The notes beneath the pieces were generated by a model. That model saw only the letters and a list, made by a program, of their open reading frames with translations, did not search any database and was not told the origin of the DNA. From positions 4,222-68,221 of the forward strand of contig CALVNM010000001.1 of assembly GCA_944349735.1 (NCBI GenBank): DNA of 64,000 nucleotides, in the 5' to 3' direction. The stretch is from an uncultured Clostridia bacterium. Lineage in GTDB: Bacteria; Bacillota; Clostridia; Christensenellales; DTU072. This document shows, piece after piece, positions 17,193 to 26,358 of the stretch. Position numbers and translations under genes: made by a program. Every line of letters starts with the position of its first letter. The first letter of the stretch is position 1.

Positions 17193-18959
17193 ATGGCATT
17201 AAAGCGCGAAGAGGTCGCAGAAAGCAGAAAATGGGACTTAAGCTCGCTGTTCACGAGCGAACGGGAATACGAAGAATCGCTGACCGCCACCGCGGAAAAG
17301 CTTAAGGAAATCGCGGTCTACAAAGGTAAGCTTGACGAAACCAATTCCGCAGAGTGTCTGAAGCTTTCGTCCGATATAGGCCGCGCGCTCGAGAGACTGT
17401 ACGTTTATGCCAATCTCCGCAAAGACGAAAATACCGCAGATGCGGAGGCTCAGGCTCGCGCAGAAAAAATAAACATACTTGCCGCGAAGTGTTCTTCGGC
17501 TACGTCTTTCATAAGCGCGGAACTTGCAGGATTCCCTGCCTCTAAATTGCGCCGCATGGCTTCTCGGGCGGAATACGAGCCGTTCTCTGTGCTTCTTAAC
17601 GACGTTATAAGGGAAAAGAAGCACATACTTTCGGTTAAGGAAGAAAAGATAATGTCGGAGATCTCCGCTTTTACGGGAGATTTCCGTAATATTTTCATGA
17701 TGTTCGACAACGCCGACATCAAGTTCGGCAAAGTGCGCGTGGACGGCGAAGATACCGAGCTTACGCACGGAGTATATTCCGTATTGCTGCAGCATCCCTC
17801 GCAGGAAGTGAGACGCAACGCATTCGAAACATACTATGCTTCCTATCGCGCAGGCATCAATACCGTCGCCGCGACTTACGCGGGATCTGTAAAAAAAGAC
17901 TGTACGGTATCCGCGTTGCGCGGCTTTTCTTCCGCCTTGGCAAGGGCGCTGTATGCCGACGACATCAAGAAATCCGTTTACGACAATCTGATCTCGGCGG
18001 TACACGACGCTACGCCCTCGGTTCACGACTACATCAGGTACCGTAAAAAAGCGCTAGGACTCGAGGAATTGCACATGTACGACCTGTACGTACCGATAAC
18101 GGAAGATTTCCGACTCGAGATGGATTACGACGACGCGTACGAACTGGTTAAAAAGGCGCTCGCGCCTTTGGGCGAGGAGTACGGAGATCTGCTCGACAGA
18201 GCGCGTAAAGAGCGTTGGATAGACGTAGAAGAGACCGTCAACAAGAGGTCGGGAGCTTATTCATGGGGAATGTACGACAGCAATCCGTACGTTCTGCTCA
18301 ATTATAAAAAGACGGCTCACGACGTATTCACGATCGCGCACGAACTCGGGCATTCTATGCACAGCTATTATTCGCGCAAGAATCAGTGTTATGAGAAGGC
18401 GGATTACAGTATATTTGTGGCTGAGATAGCGTCTACGGTCAACGAAGTTCTGCTTCTCAAGTATCTCATTTCCTCTGCGGACGGTAAGGCGCGTAAATAT
18501 CTGCTCTCGTATTATCTAGACATGTTCAGAACCACCGTGTTCCGTCAGACGATGTTTGCGGAATTCGAGAAATTCGCGCACGAGCTGTACGAATCCGGTT
18601 CGCCGCTTACTGCGGAGAACATGAGCGCGGAGTACATGAGACTCAACCGATCCTATTACGGAGACGGCGTGATACACGACGATGACATAGCGATAGAATG
18701 GTCGCGCATACCGCATTTCTATAACGCTTTCTACGTCTACAAATACGCTACGGGGATGATCTCGGCTGTCAATATTGCGGACAGATTGCTCCGCGAAGAG
18801 GGCTATATAGACAAATACAAAGCCTTCCTTTCCGCCGGCGGGTCGTTGTATCCGCTTCCGACTCTCGCGCTTGCGGAAGTCGACCTAAGTAAAAAAGCGC
18901 CGTTTGCGTTCGCTATGCGCGAGTTCCGCGACGCGCTCAGAGAGATGAAGAAATCATGA
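17193..18959 (+). CDS. pepF: Oligoendopeptidase F (M3B peptidase)
   Basis: 588 aa, zinc motif HELGHSMH, PepF-like N-terminus (WDLSSLF). SD AAGGAG upstream. Candidate promoter TTGACT-N17-TATATT at ~17112-17140. Confidence 0.9.
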   Translation: MALKREEVAESRKWDLSSLFTSEREYEESLTATAEKLKEIAVYKGKLDETNSAECLKLSSDIGRALERLYVYANLRKDENTADAEAQARAEKINILAAKCSSATSFISAELAGFPASKLRRMASRAEYEPFSVLLNDVIREKKHILSVKEEKIMSEISAFTGDFRNIFMMFDNADIKFGKVRVDGEDTELTHGVYSVLLQHPSQEVRRNAFETYYASYRAGINTVAATYAGSVKKDCTVSALRGFSSALARALYADDIKKSVYDNLISAVHDATPSVHDYIRYRKKALGLEELHMYDLYVPITEDFRLEMDYDDAYELVKKALAPLGEEYGDLLDRARKERWIDVEETVNKRSGAYSWGMYDSNPYVLLNYKKTAHDVFTIAHELGHSMHSYYSRKNQCYEKADYSIFVAEIASTVNEVLLLKYLISSADGKARKYLLSYYLDMFRTTVFRQTMFAEFEKFAHELYESGSPLTAENMSAEYMRLNRSYYGDGVIHDDDIAIEWSRIPHFYNAFYVYKYATGMISAVNIADRLLREEGYIDKYKAFLSAGGSLYPLPTLALAEVDLSKKAPFAFAMREFRDALREMKKS

Positions 18960-19819
18960 AGAAACCCGGTAAGCTCCAAATCGCCGGCATAGTCCTGCTG
19001 TCGATAGCTTTAGTTATAGTCATAGTTTACGGTTCGGTAGCTTTAGCTACGTTTTCACGCGCCGACGTCGATCTCTATGAAGGCGGAAAGCCCGACGCCG
19101 CTCCGGTGGAGATAATCTATAACTCGATCATGTTCACCAACGGTAATTATCAATACGCCATCCAGGTTTACGCGGACGTCGATAAGTTGACGGCGAACAT
19201 AGCTTCGGCGGAGGCTGCCGCCCGTATCAAGGCCGCTGTGGCAGCGAAGCTCGGCGAGATATACGAGAGCTTCACTCAAGCCGGCATGCGCGTTACTTAC
19301 GAGGAAGGCAGCTATTTCGTCAATGCCGTACTTGCCGAATACGCAAGCTACGACGACATTTCCATAGCGAACGGCGATACGGGTTACGACGCGCCTACCT
19401 CTTCGGGGAAAGTGTATACCGGCTTCTGGTATTCCGATTACGTCGTTACGCAGACCACGGTCTTTGCCGACACGGAAGGAGAAAACTGGTTGAATTTCGC
19501 TTATGAGAAACTTGTTTCCGACGGCACGGTAAGCGCGGATGAGATCGATTTCGTATTTAATTACGGTACTGCGTATTCGCACGGACTTATAGAAACGGAC
19601 GCCGATTACGTCTACAGATACATCGCCCCGGATAAAAGGGTAAGCTACGTCCACGAATTCAGGATGTCTCAAGATGAGCGTTCGAGAGAAATAACGATAG
19701 TGCAGCATTCGCCGAATACCGCTTCATGGTATCTGACGGTCATTACGGCGGCGATAATAGTGACGGGAGCGTCGTTGTTGCTTACAGGCAACAGACAAAA
19801 TAAAGAGAAAGGCAAATAA
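18956..19819 (+). CDS. Hypothetical surface protein with an N-terminal signal/anchor and a C-terminal sortase-type sorting signal (SPNTA + hydrophobic segment + basic tail)
   Basis: 287 aa. N-terminus MKKPGKLQIAGIVLLSIALVIVIVYGSVALA. C-terminus HSPNTASWYLTVITAAIIVTGASLLLTGNRQNKEKGK. Its ATG overlaps the pepF stop (ATGA). Confidence 0.6.
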   Translation: MKKPGKLQIAGIVLLSIALVIVIVYGSVALATFSRADVDLYEGGKPDAAPVEIIYNSIMFTNGNYQYAIQVYADVDKLTANIASAEAAARIKAAVAAKLGEIYESFTQAGMRVTYEEGSYFVNAVLAEYASYDDISIANGDTGYDAPTSSGKVYTGFWYSDYVVTQTTVFADTEGENWLNFAYEKLVSDGTVSADEIDFVFNYGTAYSHGLIETDADYVYRYIAPDKRVSYVHEFRMSQDERSREITIVQHSPNTASWYLTVITAAIIVTGASLLLTGNRQNKEKGK

Positions 19820-19860
19820 TATTCGGTCGCATACGGCGACATACTACGGAGAAAACGGAT

Positions 19861-21282
19861 ATGAGCGAAAAAGAACTCGGAGAAAACAAACAGGGTTACA
19901 GACAATATCCCAACAATTTCGGTGCGGAGCAATACGTTCTGTGCTGTATGCTTATAGACGGGGAAGTATTGGCGGACGTGGCGCCTACGATAAACTCCGA
20001 TTATTTCTATAATCCGAGACACAAGACCATTTTCGAAGCGGCGCAGTCCCTTTTCAATAAAGGCGTGTCGGTCAACGTTATAACGGTCAACGACGTGCTG
20101 ACCAAGACCAACAAGACGGATATAGATATGCTCGGTTATCTTACAGATCTGTCTCAGATCACGCCGAGCGCGGTGAATTACAGAGACCATCTCAATATTC
20201 TGCGCCGCGACATGATAATGCGCAGACTTATAGCGATAAGCAAAGAGATCGCGGAGGACGCTTACACGTCGCAGGACGCGGATCAGTCCGTCAATAATGC
20301 GGAGCGCCTGGTGTACGGTATTAACCTCGCGGCTACGGCGAGCGGACTGGAGCATATCGAAGCGCCCAGCTCGCGTTTTTTGAGAAGGCTCGAACAGATG
20401 GCGATAAATCCATCGGCACGCAAGGGACTTCGCACTCATTTCCCCATTTTCGACAAGATCACTAACGGGCTTCAGCCTTCGAGCCTAATTATACTTGCGG
20501 CGCGTCCTTCGGTAGGTAAAACTTCCTTCGCGCTCAATATCATATCCAATATAATCAAAGAGCACGAGGACGCAGTCGTGGCGATGTTCTCTCTCGAAAT
20601 GTCCGCAGAACAGCTCGTGCAGAGGATACTTGCCTCCAATACGGGCGTAGATATGGGTAAATTGAGCAGCGCGCGACTCAGCGAGAGCGACCAGAGCGAA
20701 CTTTGGAGCGCGCACGTCGAGGCGTCCAATTGCAGAATTTATTTCGATTCCACATCTATGCAGACCCCGGGTAATATAGCGAGCAAGTGCCGTAGACTCA
20801 AATCCATGACTGCGGACAAACGCCTCGATCTCGTGATAGTGGACTATTTACAGCTAATGGCTAACGATAAGGACAAAATACGCTCTTCTTCGAGCAGACA
20901 GACCGACGTATCCGATATCAGCCGAATGATGAAGATAATGGCTATGGAGCTTCAATGCCCGGTAATAGCGCTGTCGCAGATGTCGCGCAGTATCGAAGGC
21001 AGAGACGACAAGCAGCCGAGGCTTTCCGACCTGCGAGAATCCGGCGCGATAGAGCAGGACGCGGATATGGTCATGTTCCTTTCGAGAGAAAACGAAGAAG
21101 AAAAGACCAAGGAAGCGTGCAATATCATACTCGACATAGCCAAGCACCGTAACGGCGAGCTTGCGCAGATAAGATACGTGTGGGAGGGAAGGCACGTACG
21201 CTTTACGGAGTCGAGCGATCAGACAATGTACGCGTTCCCGAAAACTTCTGCCAAGAAAAAGTCTCCTTCGGCGGAAGAGTGA
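19861..21282 (+). CDS. dnaB: Replicative DNA helicase DnaB
   Basis: Walker A ARPSVGKTSFALN, FSLEMS, IVDYLQLM, SQMSR, and the arginine finger region. 473 aa, with no intein-sized insertion. Confidence 0.95.
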   Translation: MSEKELGENKQGYRQYPNNFGAEQYVLCCMLIDGEVLADVAPTINSDYFYNPRHKTIFEAAQSLFNKGVSVNVITVNDVLTKTNKTDIDMLGYLTDLSQITPSAVNYRDHLNILRRDMIMRRLIAISKEIAEDAYTSQDADQSVNNAERLVYGINLAATASGLEHIEAPSSRFLRRLEQMAINPSARKGLRTHFPIFDKITNGLQPSSLIILAARPSVGKTSFALNIISNIIKEHEDAVVAMFSLEMSAEQLVQRILASNTGVDMGKLSSARLSESDQSELWSAHVEASNCRIYFDSTSMQTPGNIASKCRRLKSMTADKRLDLVIVDYLQLMANDKDKIRSSSSRQTDVSDISRMMKIMAMELQCPVIALSQMSRSIEGRDDKQPRLSDLRESGAIEQDADMVMFLSRENEEEKTKEACNIILDIAKHRNGELAQIRYVWEGRHVRFTESSDQTMYAFPKTSAKKKSPSAEE

Positions 21283-21349
21283 CCTCGGCCCGCCTCCCGC
21301 TCGGCGTAAAAATAACGCATATCGAAGCCCGTACCCGATATAATATGGT

Positions 21350-21601
21350 ATGGGCTTTTCAGTTGCTGTAAAAGAAATAGTACTCGACAAGGTGACGTTG
21401 AGCGCGGGAGAAAAGATCTTTATCGAAGGTCATCGCGGCATATCCACTTATTCGCCAGACGAGATAGTGGTACGCATTTACGGCGGTACGCTGCGCATAA
21501 TTGGCGAAGGACTGGAGGTGAACGAAATGAACGGCGACGAACTTACGGTGAGCGGAAAAATAAACGCGGTCGAGAGGAGAAAGAAAGGTGAAAAAGCATA
21601 G
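21350..21601 (+). CDS. yqfC: Sporulation protein YqfC/YabP family
   Basis: 83 aa. The pattern ...ITL..G..I.IEGH.GI..Y....I.V....G.L.I.G..L......GDEL.V.G.I is typical of YqfC. It is followed by a yqfD-like gene, as in Bacillus. Confidence 0.7.
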   Translation: MGFSVAVKEIVLDKVTLSAGEKIFIEGHRGISTYSPDEIVVRIYGGTLRIIGEGLEVNEMNGDELTVSGKINAVERRKKGEKA

Positions 21602-22532
21602 GGTAAGCGGCGTAGCTTTCGAGGCAAAGGCACGTATAAGGAGCGAAGGCTCGCCCGCGTATACGCTTAATCTTCTCACCGCCGCCGGTATCCGCGTAAG
21701 CGAAGTGAAAATAAACGGCAATACGATGTGTTTCACGGTCGGGGAGACGTTACTGCCGCTCACGCAAAAGACGCTGTCCGATAACGGCAGGGAATACTCG
21801 GTGGAATCCGTATCGGGATCGAAAATAAAATTCAGGGAATTGTTGTCGAGATACGCGCTTATAATAGGCGCCGTAATATCGTGCGGACTGATTTACGTTT
21901 ATTCCACTTTTATATCCGAAGTGGAGATCCGTGGCAACGCGGAAATAGCCTCCGAGACGATCTCAGCCATTGTCGACGAGTACGTTAAAACTCCTTCGCT
22001 GTTCGGTTCCCCCGACTTTGACGAGATCGAGAAAGCCGTCGCGGCTTGCGACGGTATCGCCTATGCCACGGTCATGAGAGAAGGCAAGCGGCTTATCGTA
22101 GAAGTCGTCGAAGAGCTTCCCGAAACAGAAATTACGGATACCTATTCTCCGATACCCGTGTTGGCGAGAGAAAGCGGAACGGTGACTAAAGTAGTTACTT
22201 TGAGGGGGACGGCCGCCGTCGAACCGGGAGATACTGTTCAGGCGGGACAGATACTTATCGCGCCGTACGTGAGCGCAGGCGAAGGCGAAGACATACCGGT
22301 GAGAGCGATGGGTATAGTAGAAGCACGCGTAACCCGTACCGAAGAACTGGAATACACGGACGAAGCGTCCTTTACTTCTAACGCGGCGGCGGACATCGAG
22401 GCGCGCAAGCAGGCTTTCGTAGCCTCTCTCGGAGCAAACGAATTATTTACCGGTTCTTCATTTACGGTGAAAAAGCTGGACAAAAGTATTATAATAAGTA
22501 TATACTATGAAATAATAACGCGTATTTCTTGA
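21588..22532 (+). CDS. yqfD: Sporulation protein YqfD-like (stage IV sporulation family)
   Basis: 314 aa with a GTG start overlapping the yqfC end. It has an N-terminal soluble domain, a single mid-protein TM (YALIIGAVISCGLIYVYSTFI) and a C-terminal domain. Position immediately after yqfC supports the call. Confidence 0.6.
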   Translation: MKKHRVSGVAFEAKARIRSEGSPAYTLNLLTAAGIRVSEVKINGNTMCFTVGETLLPLTQKTLSDNGREYSVESVSGSKIKFRELLSRYALIIGAVISCGLIYVYSTFISEVEIRGNAEIASETISAIVDEYVKTPSLFGSPDFDEIEKAVAACDGIAYATVMREGKRLIVEVVEELPETEITDTYSPIPVLARESGTVTKVVTLRGTAAVEPGDTVQAGQILIAPYVSAGEGEDIPVRAMGIVEARVTRTEELEYTDEASFTSNAAADIEARKQAFVASLGANELFTGSSFTVKKLDKSIIISIYYEIITRIS

Positions 22533-22575
22533 CGTGCGGAGAAGTCCGCAGAGGTACTTACGAAGGGATTATAAT

Positions 22576-24060
22576 ATGCCGGACAATAAGAATCAGAAAA
22601 AAAGATCTCCCGCCATAAGGCTTACGGACAGTAAGATCAGACTGATTGCCGTACAGGTCCTTTTCATGATAGGGGTATCTTTGATACTCGCTATGTTGGT
22701 GAGGCTCGTTTCGCTCGACAACGTGAACGGCGCAGAGGATATTTTCAACGGCAGGGTGTGGCTACAGATATTGATACTCACCGTGATCATGACTATCATA
22801 ATGTCCACGCTGCTGCTTTATGCTTATTACGTGAGAAAGGGGACCGACGATTCCAAACATAAACTGCTGCCCGTTCTCGCAACGTCCGTCACGCTGACGT
22901 TTGCGCTCGCGCTCGTGTTCGGCAGACTCATTTCGCTGTACGCCGCTCCGCTTACGCTTTGCTCTCTCCTCGTAGCGGCTCTCATAGACAAAAGGGTGGG
23001 CGTTGTAACGAATATACTTATATCTCAGGCGTTCTATCTTACTTACGTTTTCGTTTTCGGCAGCGCAAAAGTGGTCGAGAGCGCGGCGGCTCTCATCACG
23101 TCCATGGTCGCTTCGATATTCCTTATCGTATTCATCGATAAAGCAAACAACCGTTTGAAATTCACTTTGACGGGCTTCATCGTCGGCATCTGTACGGCGG
23201 TGCTTCCCATACTCATAAACCTAGTAATCGATTCTTCCGACGCCGCGCTCATACTTATGAGCGGACTATGGAGTTTCGTTTCCGTGGTGCTTTCCATAGG
23301 GCTTTTCATGATAATATTGCCCGTAATGGAATTTCTTTTCCGTCTCGATACGGGCTTCCGCCTTGCGGAACTCTGTTCGCTGGATAATCCGCTTCTCAAG
23401 CGCCTCGCGCAGGAAGCCCCCGGAACTTTCAACCACAGCATGGTGGTAGGCAATCTCGCCGAGCTATGCGCCGACGCCATAGGCGAGAACAGTCAGCTCG
23501 CCAAGGTATGCGCATATTATCACGATGTAGGTAAAGTCAAAAATCCTCAGTATTTTATCGAGAACCAGAAAGGTTATAACCCGCACGACGACGTCATACC
23601 GGAAGTAAGCGTATCGATGATAGTCAGTCACGTGACCGAGGGGAGCGCGATGTTGCGTAAGGAAAGGCTTCCCGATATAGTTGCCGACGTTGCTCTTCAG
23701 CACCACGGCACCACTTCGGTCAATTATTTCTTATATAAAGCGCAGAACTTCACCGAAGACAATCTCGACAAGGCCGAATTCAGTTATCCGGGACCGAAAC
23801 CGCAGACCAAGATAGCCGCGATTATTATGATAGCCGACACTGCGGAAGCTGCAAGCAGAGCGGTATCGGGGCTGAAAACCCCCGAAAGTTACCGCGCTTT
23901 CGTGCGTAATATCATAAAGCAGAAGGCGGATTCCGAACAGTTCAGCGAATGCGCGATCACTTTCAAGGATCTGGATATAATCGAAGAAACTCTTGCTACC
24001 GCGATACCTTCCATCTATCACGGCAGGATCGAGTACAATAACAACAGGAAAGACAAATAA
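22576..24060 (+). CDS. pgpH: 7TM-HD phosphohydrolase (PgpH/YqfF family, putative c-di-AMP phosphodiesterase), short form
   Basis: Multi-TM N-terminal half, then an HD domain (FNHSMVVGNLAE..., YYHDVGK, HHG). Position between yqfD and ybeY matches B. subtilis yqfF. I prefer ATG 22576 over the track start at 22534. Confidence 0.8.
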   Translation: MPDNKNQKKRSPAIRLTDSKIRLIAVQVLFMIGVSLILAMLVRLVSLDNVNGAEDIFNGRVWLQILILTVIMTIIMSTLLLYAYYVRKGTDDSKHKLLPVLATSVTLTFALALVFGRLISLYAAPLTLCSLLVAALIDKRVGVVTNILISQAFYLTYVFVFGSAKVVESAAALITSMVASIFLIVFIDKANNRLKFTLTGFIVGICTAVLPILINLVIDSSDAALILMSGLWSFVSVVLSIGLFMIILPVMEFLFRLDTGFRLAELCSLDNPLLKRLAQEAPGTFNHSMVVGNLAELCADAIGENSQLAKVCAYYHDVGKVKNPQYFIENQKGYNPHDDVIPEVSVSMIVSHVTEGSAMLRKERLPDIVADVALQHHGTTSVNYFLYKAQNFTEDNLDKAEFSYPGPKPQTKIAAIIMIADTAEAASRAVSGLKTPESYRAFVRNIIKQKADSEQFSECAITFKDLDIIEETLATAIPSIYHGRIEYNNNRKDK

Positions 24061-24084
24061 CGACGGTTAAGAGAAATTTGCATC

Positions 24085-25527
24085 ATGATTAACATTTACG
24101 ATGCCGGTAAATTCGGCAAAATAATTTCTGCCGCGGTAAGCGGCGCTTTCCGTAAATTCGGTATTGCGGAAGACAAAGCGGAAGTCGAAATAGATTTCAT
24201 AGACCCGGAGCGTATGCGCTCGCTCAATTCTGAAGCGCGCGGAGTGGATTCCGTGACCGACGTTCTTAGTTTTCCCGCGCTCGAGGCGTCGATACCTTTC
24301 GACCCCGAAGATTATCCCGATGACCGCGATCCGGAGACGGGAGCCGTTATTCTCGGAGAAATTTACGTTTGTCCGGAGAGAGCTTCGTCGCAGGCGGCGG
24401 AATACGGTCATTCTTTGTCGCGCGAAATAGCTTTTCTCAGCGTACACGGCATATTGCATTTACTCGGATTCGACCACGAAAGCGAAAACGAACGTCTCGG
24501 AATGGAGAAACTTCAGGACGAGATACTTGTAGCTTCCGGATTTACGCGCGATTACGCGGACGGTCTTACTCTCGAAGACGCGTATGTCGAGGACGACGCC
24601 GAAGATGTGACCGACGAGGCTTCCGAAGATAAGCAGCGCTCGGGCGTTGCCGTTATACTCGGGCGACCCAATGCAGGCAAGTCCACTCTTATCAACGCCA
24701 TAGTAGGCGAGAAAGTCGCCATAGTGAGTTGGAAACCGCAGACTACGAGGAACCGTATAATCGGCGTATATAACGCGCCCGGTCTCCAGATAGCTTTTGC
24801 GGATACGCCCGGGATACACAAACCGAAAAACAAGCTCGGCGATTTCATGATGAAATCGGTAAAGACCGCCATGGAAGGCGTGGATGTGGCGATATACGTG
24901 GTGGACGCGGAGAAGGGGGCGGACGAGAACGATTATATGCGCATAGAAGCGCTCGTACGCGGCGGTAACAATACCGTAGTGGCGGTCAACAAGGTCGACA
25001 GAGTGACGAAAGAGAAGGTCGCCGAAATACTTTTAAAGCTTAACGCTATAGGCGGCATCGCCGCGGTGGTGCCAGTATCCGCGCTCAAGGAAAAGAACGT
25101 CGACGTGCTTATAGACGAGGTCGGCAAGTTTATGCCGTACGGCCCCAAATATTATCCCGACGATCAGTACACCGACAGGAACATGCGTTTCATGGCGTCG
25201 GAGATCATAAGGGAAAAGGCGTTGAGACTGCTCGATAAGGAGATACCTTACGGCATAGCCGTGGCGATCAACAAGTACGAATACCGCGATAACGGCATAC
25301 TCGACATAGACGCCGACGTGATCTGCCAGAAAGCCGCGCATAAACCCATAGTTCTCGGTAAAGGCGGCGCGATGATCAAGCGGATAGCGGAATACGCCCG
25401 CGAAGATCTCGAGAAAATGACCGATTCCAAAATATTCCTTACGCTGTGGGTGCGTGTAAAAGAGGACTGGAGAGACGATATCGTACTGCTCAACAATCTC
25501 GGTTACGATCCTAAAAAGGATTCGTGA
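24085..25527 (+). CDS. ybeY-era: Fusion protein: rRNA maturation endoribonuclease YbeY (N-terminal) + GTPase Era (C-terminal)
   Basis: Single 480-codon frame. YbeY zinc motif HGILHLLGFDH at nt ~24445-24477. Acidic linker (EDAYVEDDAEDVTDEASED). Era G1 GRPNAGKS at 24661-24684, then TTRNRI, DTPG, NKVD, and a C-terminal KH domain (VICQKAAHKPIVLGKGGAMIKRI). Confidence 0.9.
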   Translation: MINIYDAGKFGKIISAAVSGAFRKFGIAEDKAEVEIDFIDPERMRSLNSEARGVDSVTDVLSFPALEASIPFDPEDYPDDRDPETGAVILGEIYVCPERASSQAAEYGHSLSREIAFLSVHGILHLLGFDHESENERLGMEKLQDEILVASGFTRDYADGLTLEDAYVEDDAEDVTDEASEDKQRSGVAVILGRPNAGKSTLINAIVGEKVAIVSWKPQTTRNRIIGVYNAPGLQIAFADTPGIHKPKNKLGDFMMKSVKTAMEGVDVAIYVVDAEKGADENDYMRIEALVRGGNNTVVAVNKVDRVTKEKVAEILLKLNAIGGIAAVVPVSALKEKNVDVLIDEVGKFMPYGPKYYPDDQYTDRNMRFMASEIIREKALRLLDKEIPYGIAVAINKYEYRDNGILDIDADVICQKAAHKPIVLGKGGAMIKRIAEYAREDLEKMTDSKIFLTLWVRVKEDWRDDIVLLNNLGYDPKKDS

Positions 25528-25565
25528 CCTCGCATAAACGGTCTTTGAGGGGACATACTTACGGT

Positions 25566-25712
25566 ATGGAAGAACGTATCGGAAAAGCCGGTTCCCCCGA
25601 GGAGATATTGCACGCCGCGTTCCGCAAGAGCGGCGACATAGGCTACTATATGCTCTACTCCGCGCTTAAGCGCAAGAGGGGAGGAAAAACCACCGATGGA
25701 GATCAAGACTAA
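25566..25712 (+). CDS. yqzL: Small YqzL-like protein
   Basis: Track ORF 25524..25712. I prefer ATG 25566, which has GAGGGGA upstream. The motif FRKSGDIGYYMLYSALKRK resembles the F..TG.I..YLLYK core of YqzL as I remember it. Its position between era and recO matches B. subtilis. It overlaps the recO start. Confidence 0.45.
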   Translation: MEERIGKAGSPEEILHAAFRKSGDIGYYMLYSALKRKRGGKTTDGDQD

Positions 25713-26358
25713 AGCTCTGTGCATAAGCGCGTCCGACTATGGCGAAAGCGACAGGTTACTCGTGTTGGTGACGTCAGAGATCGGCAAAACGGTTGCCCGT
25801 ATCAAATCGGTAAGGACCCCGAAATCCAAATTAAAGGTTGCGGCTTCTCCGTTGTGTTTCGGCGAATACATATTGAACGAGAAGGGCGGAAGATATACCG
25901 TGATAGGCGCTTCGCCCGAAAATAATTTTTTTAATTGCTGGTCAGACATCGACCGTAATTGTGCGGCACTTACCGTTACCGAGGCACTGGACAAATTTAC
26001 CGAGACCGGCGTGAACGCTTCGGAAGAATTGGCTCTCGCTTTACGCGCGCTGTTCGCTATTGACGGCGGTGACGCGTATCCGTATTTGTATTCGGCGGCT
26101 TTCCTGGTCAAGCTCATGCCTTTCGTGGGGATAGACCTCGGGGAGTACGCGGCCTTACCTTCGGACGTGCGCTCCGCGCTCGGATTACTCGCTCTCGCGG
26201 GATTCGACGAGCTGGATTCGGCGGAGATAACTCTCCCCGCGCTCGTGAGAAGCTTGAATTATATATGCCTTATCTACGGCAACATGACGGGCGAAACGAT
26301 GCGCGCGTTGCGTCAATCCTTGAAACTTATTTCGGACGGGACGGGAACTGCGCGGTAA
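25696..26358 (+). CDS. recO: DNA repair protein RecO
   Basis: The N-terminal OB-fold pattern MEIKTKALCISASDYGESDRLLVLVTSEIGKTVARIKSVRTPKSK is typical of RecO. Synteny after era supports the call. Confidence 0.85.
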   Translation: MEIKTKALCISASDYGESDRLLVLVTSEIGKTVARIKSVRTPKSKLKVAASPLCFGEYILNEKGGRYTVIGASPENNFFNCWSDIDRNCAALTVTEALDKFTETGVNASEELALALRALFAIDGGDAYPYLYSAAFLVKLMPFVGIDLGEYAALPSDVRSALGLLALAGFDELDSAEITLPALVRSLNYICLIYGNMTGETMRALRQSLKLISDGTGTAR

